Shown here: positions 16,314-25,649 of the stretch, one piece after another
Layout: every line of letters begins with the position of its first letter
How positions within the stretch are numbered: the stretch's first letter is position 1
Assembly (NCBI GenBank): GCA_026397315.1
Contig: JAPLVC010000005.1
Coordinates: 2,088 to 66,087, forward strand
Direction: 5' to 3'
Source of the DNA: Candidatus Aenigmatarchaeota archaeon
GTDB lineage: Archaea; Aenigmatarchaeota; Aenigmatarchaeia; QMZP01; QMZT01
DNA length: 64,000 nucleotides
Position numbers and translations under genes: made by a program
The notes under the pieces: model-generated
Databases searched by the model: none
Seen by the model: the letters and a program-made list of their open reading frames with translations, nothing else
What the model was told of the DNA's origin: nothing

Positions 16314-19300
16314 ATGAAAGGTTTTCTGCTATCGCTCGACGCAATTGTGGCGATAACTTTGTTGCTATCGGTGTCGCTTTTTTTGGCCGGAATTTCGTTC
16401 ACGTATTCGACACCCGAACTGCGCTATCAACGCTATTACTATGCCGGCAAGGACGTCGCCACGCTTTTTCAGGAGGCCAAAATGAGTTCCGTCTCCGGCG
16501 TCGTCAACCTGACCAAATACAACCTCACCCAGGAGGAGATGAACAGGACAATACTTGACGTGATAGGTTCTTTCTGGGCCAGCGGCAACATGAGCGCGGC
16601 CAGTAATCTGACAAGGGACATTTTCAGTGAGGTTTTAGGAAACACTGGTCTCAACTACGAGGTTTCTTTCAACGACGAAACGATATACGCCAGCAACGAC
16701 TCATATTCGGATTTTGTTGCCAGGCTGTCTACAATCGTTTCAGGTTATGAAAAAACGAAGCCCGTCAATGGTTATCTTGCGAAGGTTTATGTCACAAAAG
16801 TCTCGAAAACCAATTCGGAGTTCATATATTTCGGTGGCTACGAGGGAGACGGCAACATAACCAAGATCATCACACTCCCCGTTGACGTGAACGTGACCGG
16901 GGCTTACCTTGAAATGAACGTCGGCAACAATTTCATGCTTTACATCAACGACCAGCCTGCGGGGGCATATTCCAAGAGTGCTGCCAATTTCTCGGCGGAT
17001 AACTGGACCATATGCTCGAAGGCGAATCCAACATACTGTTCATACTTTGCGGCCGGCCAGAACATAATACAGCTGAATTTCACCACGAATCAGAGCACCT
17101 ACATAGGTGGTGGCTATCTCAAGGTCACTTACAAAACTTCCGAGCTTACGGAATACACAACCAGCGACAATGCCAGCGATTACTACGATTTTCCCGGCAT
17201 ACGAGGCATTATCAACCTTTATTCGTCTTTCTACGTGCCGGGCACGCTGAAAAACATAAGCGCCAGGCTGCATTACAACAACAACCTCAGTCTCAACGGC
17301 CAGGGCGTGCCGGTCTATTTTGTTATCGGCTCAAAGGAGATATACAGGAGCAACGCAACTGGCGAACAGGTAATTGAAATCCCGGAGAAAAACATATCCG
17401 ACGCTTTCGGTGGCAAAACAAATCTTACAGACAAACTCAGCAACGCGACCATACCCATACGCTTCGGCACGGACACGTTCGCCTTTACAAGCGGCGAAGG
17501 GACGAGCGATTCAGTTCTTATAACAGACGTGTCAGGCAGCATGGGCGACTCTTGTGATGTCGAAACTTCGTCATGCCTTCACACTGACTGTAACACCGCA
17601 AGCGGTTGCCAGAACTACAGGATAGACGTAGCAAAGGATGTTGACAAAAACTTCGTCTCTATGGTTTTGAATTACACAGGCAACAGACTGGGATTGGTGA
17701 GCTATACAACGTCCACAGAAAGGACGCATTATCTTAGCAACAACAGCGTGTCTCTAAGCACTCAAATAGATAAGTATACGGATATAGATAACACCTGCAT
17801 TTCATGTGGTATAGCCGATGCGACAAGCATGCTTCAGAACAACACAAAAGCTTACAATAGATTAATTACAGAAAAAGCGACGTGGTTGTATAATACGAGT
17901 TTTCCGAATGAAACCCCACCAATAATAAACGGGACTTCATGGAATGAACATAATTACACAGATACGGGATGGGACGAAGGTCAGGCCATACTCGGTTTTG
18001 GTTCAGTGGACACTGATATAGGAAATAACGGAGGTGATTATTATTTCAGAAAACACTTCAACATCAGCAACGTCGATACCATAGAATCGGGTGAATTATA
18101 TGTTCTCTCGGATGATAATGCGGAAATTTATCTTAACGGCCATATCATAGATAACGATACCCAGCAGCACAATGGACAATACTGGAATAGGGGTGAACAA
18201 ATAATTTTTTCTGACAACTTCGAAAACTATTATTCTACCGGCCAGAACAGGCTGTACTCTAACGAAATAAACACGACGCCCGGATATTGGATTGTTAATG
18301 GTACCCCATCGGCCGATAAGGAAGTTTTCATAATGGCCGATGTTTCAATGTATCCGGCAAGTAGCGGAAATGACGTACTTGTTTTTAGGGATATGGACTC
18401 ATATGGTTATGCCGAAAAAAAAATAAATCTCACCGGTGAGGAAAATCTTATGCTCTCATATTGGTGGAGAATGGGACCGAATTCGATTGAAAGTGGCGAA
18501 TATGCGAACGTGCAAATATGGGATGGCAGCTGGAAAACTGCCAGAATGTACAACGGCAGCCAATTTTATGGTCCTGCGCTTAGAGGTGAAATAAATCTTT
18601 CCGGATATAATATGGTCGACAACTTCACGATAAGATTTGGCTTAAGGTCGAGTGATGATGATGAAAGGTTTTACATTGATGATCTTGAAATAAAAAGGGG
18701 AGTGATACTGGTAAACAACTCGTATTTCAAAAATGGAGATAATGTGATAGCGGTAAAGCTGCGCAATGATGACAGTGTGAATGCGGGTTTCGATCTTTCA
18801 CTTAACGTGACATCGAAAAGATACAAGGCAATGCTGGTCATGAGCGACGGGTTGGCAAACGAGTGTTTACCTAGTGGAGCGACTTGTTCCAATTATAACG
18901 CAAGCAACCAAGCAATAATGAAGGCATGCGAAGCGAGAGATAACTTCAGCATAAACGTCTATGCTGTGGGATTCGGCTCAGGTGCAAACATGACTACTTT
19001 AAGCAAAATAGCGTGCTGGAACTGCTCAGCAAACAATTGGATTTCCGGATGCAGCAGGTATTACAACAGCACCAATGCCGATGAGCTTGAAAAAATTTAT
19101 AGGGACATAGCAAGAGACATAGCCAACGCCAGCTATGCCGGCCAGCTCTTCAACTTCACCGGCAATGTGTCCCTGAACAACATTTTATACACGGACTCTT
19201 ACATATATTTCGATTACACGCCAGTTGTCAGGACGCCGGAATACGGGGAGATAACCCTTAATTTCGAATCTCCGCGCCTGAGCGCATCCACAGGCAACAA

Positions 19301-20060
19301 CATGACGACTGACAACGAAACCGGGACCAAGGAAGGCTGGTTCTTCATACCAGGCGATACTGAAGTCTCGACGGAAGTGCTTGATTCAAAAATAACATCA
19401 TACTCATCGTACTACTGGACGGACAGGCTTTGGGTCAACTCGTCCAGCACGCCTAATCAGAACTGGACGCGTGTATACTGGCTCGCAAACTATTCGAGCG
19501 ATTACGAAAAGCTGGGAGACCCATATATCGTGCAGATACCGCCCAACCTTCTTACAGCAAATGGCAACAACTCATTTAAAATAGGCACTGGACTTCGTCC
19601 GACTCCGCTGTCCGGGGGCAAAGGCGCCTCGCCGGACGACAGGATAATTTACACGCTGGGTATAAAAGGCATAAGCCTCACGCAATACAGCGACGTTTTT
19701 GCCAAGGCCAAAGGTTCGACTGTCACTATATATTACGATGCGAACGGCGATAACATCGCGGACAGCTCTGCCGTCGTGGAGGTCGGACCGGAACCAGGTG
19801 ATAATTTCGACCCCATGAACGACTCGATAGACAACGGCTTCATGAAACTCATGGACAGGATGAATTTCATGAGCGATGTTAATTCAGGCGTAGTCGATTT
19901 AAACTACACGACATCAGGGCCAAGCGGAACCGGCGACGGCTCATTCGGCAATCCTGTCGACCTGGAAATAACCGAAGACGTGAATTTCAATTCGGATTTC
20001 ATATCACAAATATCATCCATGTGGGGGCCCGCTATAATGGAGGTAAAAATATGGGGATAA
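16314..20060 (+). CDS. giant pilin-like (class III signal peptide) surface protein with a vWA domain and dense N-glycosylation sequons
   Basis: 1248 aa from the ATG at 16314. The 5' extension to 16011 overlaps cdvB on the opposite strand. The N-terminus MKG/FLLSLDAIVAITLLLSVSLFLAG fits a prepilin-peptidase (K-G then hydrophobic) signal. The vWA MIDAS motif is LITDVSGSMGD, with MLVMSDGLANEC and VYAVGFGSG. A jelly-roll-like block reads GGDYYFRKHFNIS...LSDDNAEIYLNGH. I count about 52 N-X-S/T sequons by eye. Confidence 0.85.
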   Translation: MKGFLLSLDAIVAITLLLSVSLFLAGISFTYSTPELRYQRYYYAGKDVATLFQEAKMSSVSGVVNLTKYNLTQEEMNRTILDVIGSFWASGNMSAASNLTRDIFSEVLGNTGLNYEVSFNDETIYASNDSYSDFVARLSTIVSGYEKTKPVNGYLAKVYVTKVSKTNSEFIYFGGYEGDGNITKIITLPVDVNVTGAYLEMNVGNNFMLYINDQPAGAYSKSAANFSADNWTICSKANPTYCSYFAAGQNIIQLNFTTNQSTYIGGGYLKVTYKTSELTEYTTSDNASDYYDFPGIRGIINLYSSFYVPGTLKNISARLHYNNNLSLNGQGVPVYFVIGSKEIYRSNATGEQVIEIPEKNISDAFGGKTNLTDKLSNATIPIRFGTDTFAFTSGEGTSDSVLITDVSGSMGDSCDVETSSCLHTDCNTASGCQNYRIDVAKDVDKNFVSMVLNYTGNRLGLVSYTTSTERTHYLSNNSVSLSTQIDKYTDIDNTCISCGIADATSMLQNNTKAYNRLITEKATWLYNTSFPNETPPIINGTSWNEHNYTDTGWDEGQAILGFGSVDTDIGNNGGDYYFRKHFNISNVDTIESGELYVLSDDNAEIYLNGHIIDNDTQQHNGQYWNRGEQIIFSDNFENYYSTGQNRLYSNEINTTPGYWIVNGTPSADKEVFIMADVSMYPASSGNDVLVFRDMDSYGYAEKKINLTGEENLMLSYWWRMGPNSIESGEYANVQIWDGSWKTARMYNGSQFYGPALRGEINLSGYNMVDNFTIRFGLRSSDDDERFYIDDLEIKRGVILVNNSYFKNGDNVIAVKLRNDDSVNAGFDLSLNVTSKRYKAMLVMSDGLANECLPSGATCSNYNASNQAIMKACEARDNFSINVYAVGFGSGANMTTLSKIACWNCSANNWISGCSRYYNSTNADELEKIYRDIARDIANASYAGQLFNFTGNVSLNNILYTDSYIYFDYTPVVRTPEYGEITLNFESPRLSASTGNNMTTDNETGTKEGWFFIPGDTEVSTEVLDSKITSYSSYYWTDRLWVNSSSTPNQNWTRVYWLANYSSDYEKLGDPYIVQIPPNLLTANGNNSFKIGTGLRPTPLSGGKGASPDDRIIYTLGIKGISLTQYSDVFAKAKGSTVTIYYDANGDNIADSSAVVEVGPEPGDNFDPMNDSIDNGFMKLMDRMNFMSDVNSGVVDLNYTTSGPSGTGDGSFGNPVDLEITEDVNFNSDFISQISSMWGPAIMEVKIWG

Positions 20061-20062
20061 AT

Positions 20063-20761
20063 ATGAAAAGACTGGCCACACTTTCAATTGTGCTGGTGAC
20101 TTACACCATTTTAGCAATTTTAATTTCACACGCTGCTGCCGCGCAGGAAGGAGGTACAGAGGTATGTCTCGTATACTTTACCAGTTATGCTTGCGGCGAC
20201 GACTGCAGTTTGACCGACACTTTCATGGATGGCCTCATGAGCGAATACACCGGAAACCTGACAGCGATCGTATACTATACTGATGTCCAGGGCAACGCGA
20301 ACGTTTTTCAGGCTTACAGGAGAACTTACAACCTTCCCGACAGCGTGCCGCTCGTGCTTTTCGGCAGCAACAACTATCTTCTCGATATTGATAATATCTA
20401 TCAAAACACGGAATCAAAAATACTGGATTTCATCGATGCAAACGGCACAAACTGCCCTCTTGACTCCGGATATGTCCCTCCGTGGCAGGTTGGTGCTGGT
20501 AGCCTTCCCGGACAGGCTATGATACTTACAACAGGGGGACAGTTAAAACGCGATGACATCAAAAAAAATAATACAGTACCAGCGGATGAGAGTAAAGAAA
20601 ATATTTCATCCGGGAATGAAACAGATAAAACAGAAAATGTTTTTGAGCTGAATGAACCCATGAAAGAAACCGTCTTCTCTCTTGTAATTATAGGGATTGT
20701 GCTGATGGTGGTGGCTGCCATCATTATTTATGTCTGGGACAAGACACAGGAAAGTTTATGA
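20063..20761 (+). CDS. secreted, C-terminally membrane-anchored protein with a thioredoxin-like-fold N-domain (tentative)
   Basis: I take the ATG at 20063, 2 nt after the upstream stop. It has a signal peptide MKRLATLSIVLVTYTILAILISHAAAAQ, the segment CLVYFTSYACGDDC...VPLVLFG, an Asn/Lys-rich linker and a C-terminal TM helix (VFSLVIIGIVLMVVAAIIIYVW). Confidence 0.5.
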   Translation: MKRLATLSIVLVTYTILAILISHAAAAQEGGTEVCLVYFTSYACGDDCSLTDTFMDGLMSEYTGNLTAIVYYTDVQGNANVFQAYRRTYNLPDSVPLVLFGSNNYLLDIDNIYQNTESKILDFIDANGTNCPLDSGYVPPWQVGAGSLPGQAMILTTGGQLKRDDIKKNNTVPADESKENISSGNETDKTENVFELNEPMKETVFSLVIIGIVLMVVAAIIIYVWDKTQESL

Positions 20762-21138
20762 AAGATAAAACAAAGGCTTTCATTTTTCTTTCGCTGGCGA
20801 TAGCCGAGACTCTCGTTCTGGTCTGGTTCTCGCTACAGCCATCAGCAGCCTTCGTCCCCAGCGCCGGCTTTCTGCGGTCCGGTGACCTGGAACATTTAGT
20901 GGCTTATGTTGTGTATGGCTTCATGTGGTCTGCTTTTTTCCTCACTTATAAAAAAAGACCCGGTGTCGCAATGACTATTCTGCTGTCGCTAGCGATAGGT
21001 TCCGCAATCGGAGCGCTATGCGAAACACTGCAGCTTTTCGTCCCCACGCGCGTGGCCGACCCGCTTGACTGGGCAATAGACTCGCTTGGCTCGCTTTGCG
21101 GCGCAGCTGCGGCCGTTAAAGCCAGAAACCTTTTTTAA
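20758..21138 (+). CDS. VanZ-like family membrane protein
   Basis: 126 aa with 4 TM helices. DLEHLVAYVVYGF and ETLQLFVPTRVADPLDWAIDSLGSLCG match VanZ-like motifs. An ATGA overlap joins it to the upstream gene. Confidence 0.7.
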   Translation: MKDKTKAFIFLSLAIAETLVLVWFSLQPSAAFVPSAGFLRSGDLEHLVAYVVYGFMWSAFFLTYKKRPGVAMTILLSLAIGSAIGALCETLQLFVPTRVADPLDWAIDSLGSLCGAAAAVKARNLF

Positions 21139-21178
21139 AGTCAAAACCGAATCTGATTATATTGATGTTAGTGATGAC

Positions 21179-21676
21179 ATGAAAACTCCAATATGCGGTA
21201 TTTGCATGAATTCGGACATGCTCTGCATGGCATGTCAGAAAAAGCTTGATGATGGTAGCATAAGTGAGGCCGACGTTCGTCTGGCCAGGGCAGTCAAGAC
21301 GCTAGCATCCACTTTCAAAGTTCTGGACAACATAACCATAAAAAAAGTCCTGGAAGGCAGTACCATCATTGTAATGCTGTGCTGCAGGGGTGACAGGCCG
21401 AAGTTGGTGGGAAGGGAAGGCGTCGTGATAAACAGACTTTCAAAAATGATGGGAAAAACCGTAAGGGTCATAGAGGAGACAGAAGACATGAAGGAATTCA
21501 TAAAAAATATCATACATCCGGTCCCGTTAGAAGGGATTAACGTAGTTTACAGTACGGACGGGGAAAACCTGAAAGTTATAATCCCGCGCAATAGGAATTT
21601 GCCGATGTCCGAGTTGTCATTCAGAGAAATCATCAAAATGGTTTTTGGCAGGAATGCAGTCGTCGCAAAAGCGTGA
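21179..21676 (+). CDS. Zn-ribbon plus KH-like putative RNA-binding protein (NusA-like KH, tentative)
   Basis: I take the ATG at 21179. It has an N-terminal CGIC...CMAC zinc ribbon and a LVGREGVVINRLSKMMGKTVRVIE segment resembling a KH GxxG-type motif. Confidence 0.45.
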   Translation: MKTPICGICMNSDMLCMACQKKLDDGSISEADVRLARAVKTLASTFKVLDNITIKKVLEGSTIIVMLCCRGDRPKLVGREGVVINRLSKMMGKTVRVIEETEDMKEFIKNIIHPVPLEGINVVYSTDGENLKVIIPRNRNLPMSELSFREIIKMVFGRNAVVAKA

Positions 21677-21686
21677 AGTGATATTC

Positions 21687-23459
21687 ATGGGTAGAAAAAG
21701 AATAGTCGTTTGTGACAGGGAATTATGCAGGTTCGAGAAGTGCGGCTATCGCTGCATAAAATCATGCCCTGTCAACCGTTCCGGCGAAGAATGCATAGTG
21801 AAAGAGGATAGAAACTATCCGATGTTCAATGAAGAACTCTGCATCGGCTGCGGCCTCTGCGCCAAGGCATGCGATAAAGCCGGTTTCAGCGCCATAACTG
21901 TCGTCAACCTTCCGAAAGAGCTTGAAGAGGATCCCATTCACAGATACGGTAAAAATCAGTTCGCTCTTTACCGCCTGCCCATTCCTAAGAAAAACATGGT
22001 CATGGGTCTTATAGGTCCTAACGGCGTGGGTAAGACCACCGTGCTTAACATACTATCAGGGAATCTCAAACCGAACATGGGAATTTTCAAGGGTAAAGTA
22101 GAATGGCAAACCATAATCGAGAAGTTCAAGGGAACGGAGCTGCAAGACTACCTAGAGAAGCTTGCGACCAGCGGAGTGAGTGTAGGTTACAAGCCGCAGC
22201 ATGTCGATTTTATTCCAAAAATGTGGAAAGGCAAAGTGATAGACCTACTCAAGAAGCATGGCGGCTATGAAAAAGTGGCTGAACGGCTTGGCATAGGTGA
22301 AATGTTTGAAAAGGAGATAAAGACGCTTTCCGGCGGAGAGCTGCAGCTTCTCGCCGTGGCCGCTGTGCTTTCAAAGGAATATGATTTTTATTTTTTTGAC
22401 GAGCCTTCGAGTTACCTCGATGTACGACAGCGCTTGACTGTCGCCAGAGAAATACGGGAGCTGGCCAAGAAGCATGAGGTAATGGTAGTGGAGCACGACC
22501 TGGCGATACTCGACTACCTGAGCGACCACGTGCATATACTTTATGGCCAGCCCGGCGCCTTCGGTGTGGTATCCAACCCATACGGGGTACGCGTAGGCAT
22601 AAACACATATCTGGAGGGCTTCATAAATGAGGAGAATGTCCGCTTCCGTGACAAACCCATTCTCTTTTCAAAGACCGCGAGGCCGGCATCCAAGGACCGG
22701 CTTCTTACGGAGTTCACCGGATTCGAAAAGAAATTTGGCCAGTTCGACATAAGAACTGAACCTGGCGAGATTTACAAGGGCGAGGTGATCGGTATTCTGG
22801 GGCCCAACAGCATAGGCAAGACTACATTCATCCGCATGCTCGTGGGTGAACTGGAAGCCGACAAAGGCAAGCCTGTCGAGATGCTGCTATCTTACAAACC
22901 ACAGAGACTAATTTTCGAAGGCGAGGACCTCGATGTGGGGGAATACATAAGGAAAGCCATCGGTGACAAGATTGAGGACGCGGAATACAAGCGGATGCTT
23001 TCTGCGCTGAACATAGAGCGCAACATGGATAAAAAAATGAAAAACCTTTCCGGCGGAGAGCTGCAGGCAGTATTCATAGCGTGCACCCTGGGCAAAGAGC
23101 ACGACATACTGCTGCTCGACGAGCCTTCCGCTTTTCTTGATGTAGAGCAGCGTCTGAGAGTGGCAAAGATAATAAGGTCTCACGTCGAGGGACGCGAGAC
23201 GTCGGCTTTCGTAGTCGACCACGACCTGCAGCTCATCGATTCCGTTGCGGACAGGATTATGGTCTTCGAAGGGGAGCGCGGCGTGAGCGGCCTTGGAAAA
23301 AAGCCGTGCTCGCTGAACGACGGCATGAACCGTTTTCTTAAGACGCTGGACATAACTTTCCGCCGCGACCCGCAGACCGGTCGCGCCCGCGCGAACAAGC
23401 CGGAATCGCAGAAGGATAGGGAGCAGAAGGAAAACAACCAGTATTATTATTCAGGCTGA
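21687..23459 (+). CDS. abce1: ABCE1 / RNase L inhibitor (ribosome recycling ATPase)
   Basis: I take the ATG at 21687. It has an N-terminal double [4Fe-4S] ferredoxin domain (CIKSCP, CIGCGLCAKAC), two ABC cassettes (GPNGVGKTT, GPNSIGKTT) and two LSGGELQ signatures. Confidence 0.95.
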   Translation: MGRKRIVVCDRELCRFEKCGYRCIKSCPVNRSGEECIVKEDRNYPMFNEELCIGCGLCAKACDKAGFSAITVVNLPKELEEDPIHRYGKNQFALYRLPIPKKNMVMGLIGPNGVGKTTVLNILSGNLKPNMGIFKGKVEWQTIIEKFKGTELQDYLEKLATSGVSVGYKPQHVDFIPKMWKGKVIDLLKKHGGYEKVAERLGIGEMFEKEIKTLSGGELQLLAVAAVLSKEYDFYFFDEPSSYLDVRQRLTVAREIRELAKKHEVMVVEHDLAILDYLSDHVHILYGQPGAFGVVSNPYGVRVGINTYLEGFINEENVRFRDKPILFSKTARPASKDRLLTEFTGFEKKFGQFDIRTEPGEIYKGEVIGILGPNSIGKTTFIRMLVGELEADKGKPVEMLLSYKPQRLIFEGEDLDVGEYIRKAIGDKIEDAEYKRMLSALNIERNMDKKMKNLSGGELQAVFIACTLGKEHDILLLDEPSAFLDVEQRLRVAKIIRSHVEGRETSAFVVDHDLQLIDSVADRIMVFEGERGVSGLGKKPCSLNDGMNRFLKTLDITFRRDPQTGRARANKPESQKDREQKENNQYYYSG

Positions 23460-23461
23460 GG

Positions 23462-24412
23462 TCACTCAAACTGGGTTGGCTGGCTTTCGACTTTAACTGA
23501 AACTATTTTGTATATGGAGAGAAACATGAGCGCCGTCCCGAGCCACTGGCCCGGCGAAAGAGTTTTGCCGTAAATCGCGAACTCGAGTATTATCGCGGTA
23601 ATGGGGAATGCCAGTTCGTATATGGTCGATTTTGACGCAGGCACATGCTTAAGGCCGTAATAATATATGAAAATCGCCACGCCGCCCGTGGTGAAAGCTA
23701 TGAGCAGTAAAGTCGCGATGTTCGCCGGAGCGACGGCCGCGAATTTATCAAAGCGATTCGTCGCCGTTATAATCAGTAACATGATGAGCGTGGTTATGCC
23801 GAACCTGAGGTACGTTCCAACACGAAAGTTCACTTTGTGTATCGCCCTCTTGCTGAATGTTGTCGACGAGCCAAACGCAAACGCCGCTAGCAACGAGAGT
23901 CCTGCGGCGATTAACGTCTTGTTTTCGAGGCTCAGCACAGGCTGCTCAAAGCCGAATGCCAGCAGATAGCTGCCAACCAGAGCGACGATGGCCCATATGA
24001 AAAAGTTCTTATGCGGCTTTTCTCTGAGCACGAGCGCCGCGAGGAGAATGGCAAAAACCGGTTGTAGCTTTTGCAATAGAATCACGACTGAAAGCTGGAT
24101 GAAACCAACGAAGAACAGTGCGGATGTTATGGCCATTGTGCCTATCGCGCCGCCGAAGAGGCCGACCCACGCGAACGAACCCCAGTCCTTGAAATTAAGT
24201 TTTTTCAGCTCTTTGCGCTCGATAAACAAAAACACTGCCATGTAGCAAAATGCTATCGCATGCTCAATGAAAACGACGACTGCGACGTCGAGATGATAAA
24301 GCGACGGCCGCAGCAGGACGCCATCGATCCCCCAGAGCGCTGCGGCAAACGCTATAGCAACCGCGCCGATTATAGGCATGGATTTTTTGTCAAATGAAAA
24401 CACAAAAATCAT
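23462..24412 (-). CDS. EamA/DMT-superfamily transporter
   Basis: 316 aa with about 10 TM helices in two homologous halves, as is typical of the EamA family. It lies 12 nt downstream of the riboflavin kinase/regulator gene on the same strand. Confidence 0.8.
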   Translation of the reverse strand: MIFVFSFDKKSMPIIGAVAIAFAAALWGIDGVLLRPSLYHLDVAVVVFIEHAIAFCYMAVFLFIERKELKKLNFKDWGSFAWVGLFGGAIGTMAITSALFFVGFIQLSVVILLQKLQPVFAILLAALVLREKPHKNFFIWAIVALVGSYLLAFGFEQPVLSLENKTLIAAGLSLLAAFAFGSSTTFSKRAIHKVNFRVGTYLRFGITTLIMLLIITATNRFDKFAAVAPANIATLLLIAFTTGGVAIFIYYYGLKHVPASKSTIYELAFPITAIILEFAIYGKTLSPGQWLGTALMFLSIYKIVSVKVESQPTQFE

Positions 24413-24424
24413 ATCCCCAGTTAA

Positions 24425-25081
24425 TTATATCCTTATTTCGACATGGACGTAATCGTCCTCTTTCAGGCAAAGCGATTTCCTGAGGTCTTCCGATGCTATT
24501 ATTTCAACGATGTCTGTGGCATGGTGTGTCCTTTCGGGAATTATGACCGCGCCCCTGGCCTTGCGGTTTATCATGCACGGATAAGAGCGGATGTCGCCGA
24601 ACGCTCTGTTGTCTTTTTTGAAGCCGCGTATGGTTATGGGTCGCATGTTTTCCATCTCGTCTTTTGCCTTAACGTCCTGTACCGTTTTCAGGCGTACGTT
24701 AAGCGTGCCGAGAAACGGACGAAAACCCAATTTTTCATGGAACTGCAAAAAGTATTCGTCCTGGCCCACGTAATATCTGCCTTCGCCGGATCCCGAAACG
24801 AGCACGCCTCCGAATGCGATGGATTCGGTTTTAGGCCGCTCGACAATTTCCCTAAGTTCCAGATATTTTTTTCTTATGAACTTCGCGCCTTCGTCCGTAA
24901 GCGATACGAACTGGCCTTTGGCGGCTGTTTCGCGCTCTATCAAATCAAGGCTCTCCAGCTCGCGTATCTTGCGCGACATGGTCTGCTGCGATGAACCGAG
25001 CCTCTTGGCCATATCCAGCGTGGTGACCCTGGTCTTTTTTTTAGCCAGCTCAACGAGCACATCGAACATCTCGCACTTCAT
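24425..25081 (-). CDS. ribK: CTP-dependent archaeal riboflavin kinase fused to an N-terminal winged HTH (RbkR-type)
   Basis: 218 aa. An N-terminal wHTH (LDMAKRLGSSQQTMSRKIRELESLDLIE) is followed by the archaeal riboflavin kinase barrel (PFLGTLNVRL, IPERTHH). Confidence 0.85.
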   Translation of the reverse strand: MKCEMFDVLVELAKKKTRVTTLDMAKRLGSSQQTMSRKIRELESLDLIERETAAKGQFVSLTDEGAKFIRKKYLELREIVERPKTESIAFGGVLVSGSGEGRYYVGQDEYFLQFHEKLGFRPFLGTLNVRLKTVQDVKAKDEMENMRPITIRGFKKDNRAFGDIRSYPCMINRKARGAVIIPERTHHATDIVEIIASEDLRKSLCLKEDDYVHVEIRI

Positions 25082-25137
25082 GCAAAGATATTGTCAGAAC
25101 TCACTTAAAAATGTTATGCTTAACATAATTGGGTAGT

Positions 25138-25635
25138 TTATTCGACCTCAATCGATCCCATGCTGTAAATTTCCTTGATGACGGCTATGAATTTTTCCGA
25201 CATGGCCTTGCATCTCTCTATCATGGCCTGCCTGACGGTATTGTAGAAAATGTGCCAGTATATCCACCAGAAGAACATGACAAGCTTGTTCCCTTCAAAA
25301 GTGTGCCTGACCACAGGTTCTATCTCCATCTTGAAAGTTCCCTCGTTTTTCGCCTTGCCCTTGAAGCCCACCATCTTTATGCCGACGAGTATTTGGGAGA
25401 ACCTGCCAGTCGTCCTGTTGTGCTTGGCTATGCGCCAGTAATACATCTGTATCGGGTCTCCGCCCCAGTCCCACATCCAGCGCGGCTCGCCTGTTCCGGT
25501 GGTAGTGACCTCGAAAACGGAACGGAGAATCGACGTCCCCTCCCTCGTCCAAGCAAGCGGATCGGGCCCTGCATAATCTATCCATCTGTTCCTGCGCGGA
25601 GCAAAACAATCGTCTTCAACTACGAACTTGCCCAT
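25138..25635 (-). CDS. uncharacterised Trp-rich protein, paralog 1 of the pair
   Basis: 165 aa, alignable by eye to the upstream 172-aa protein: VEDDCF/IQEDCY, IDYAGPDP/INYVGPNP, LRSVFEV/MKAVFRA, WxWG, IxPVxR, and an aromatic-rich C-terminal helix. Its start is 14 nt after the paralog's stop. Confidence 0.65.
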   Translation of the reverse strand: MGKFVVEDDCFAPRRNRWIDYAGPDPLAWTREGTSILRSVFEVTTTGTGEPRWMWDWGGDPIQMYYWRIAKHNRTTGRFSQILVGIKMVGFKGKAKNEGTFKMEIEPVVRHTFEGNKLVMFFWWIYWHIFYNTVRQAMIERCKAMSEKFIAVIKEIYSMGSIEVE

Positions 25636-25649
25636 GGCCCACCCCGGGA

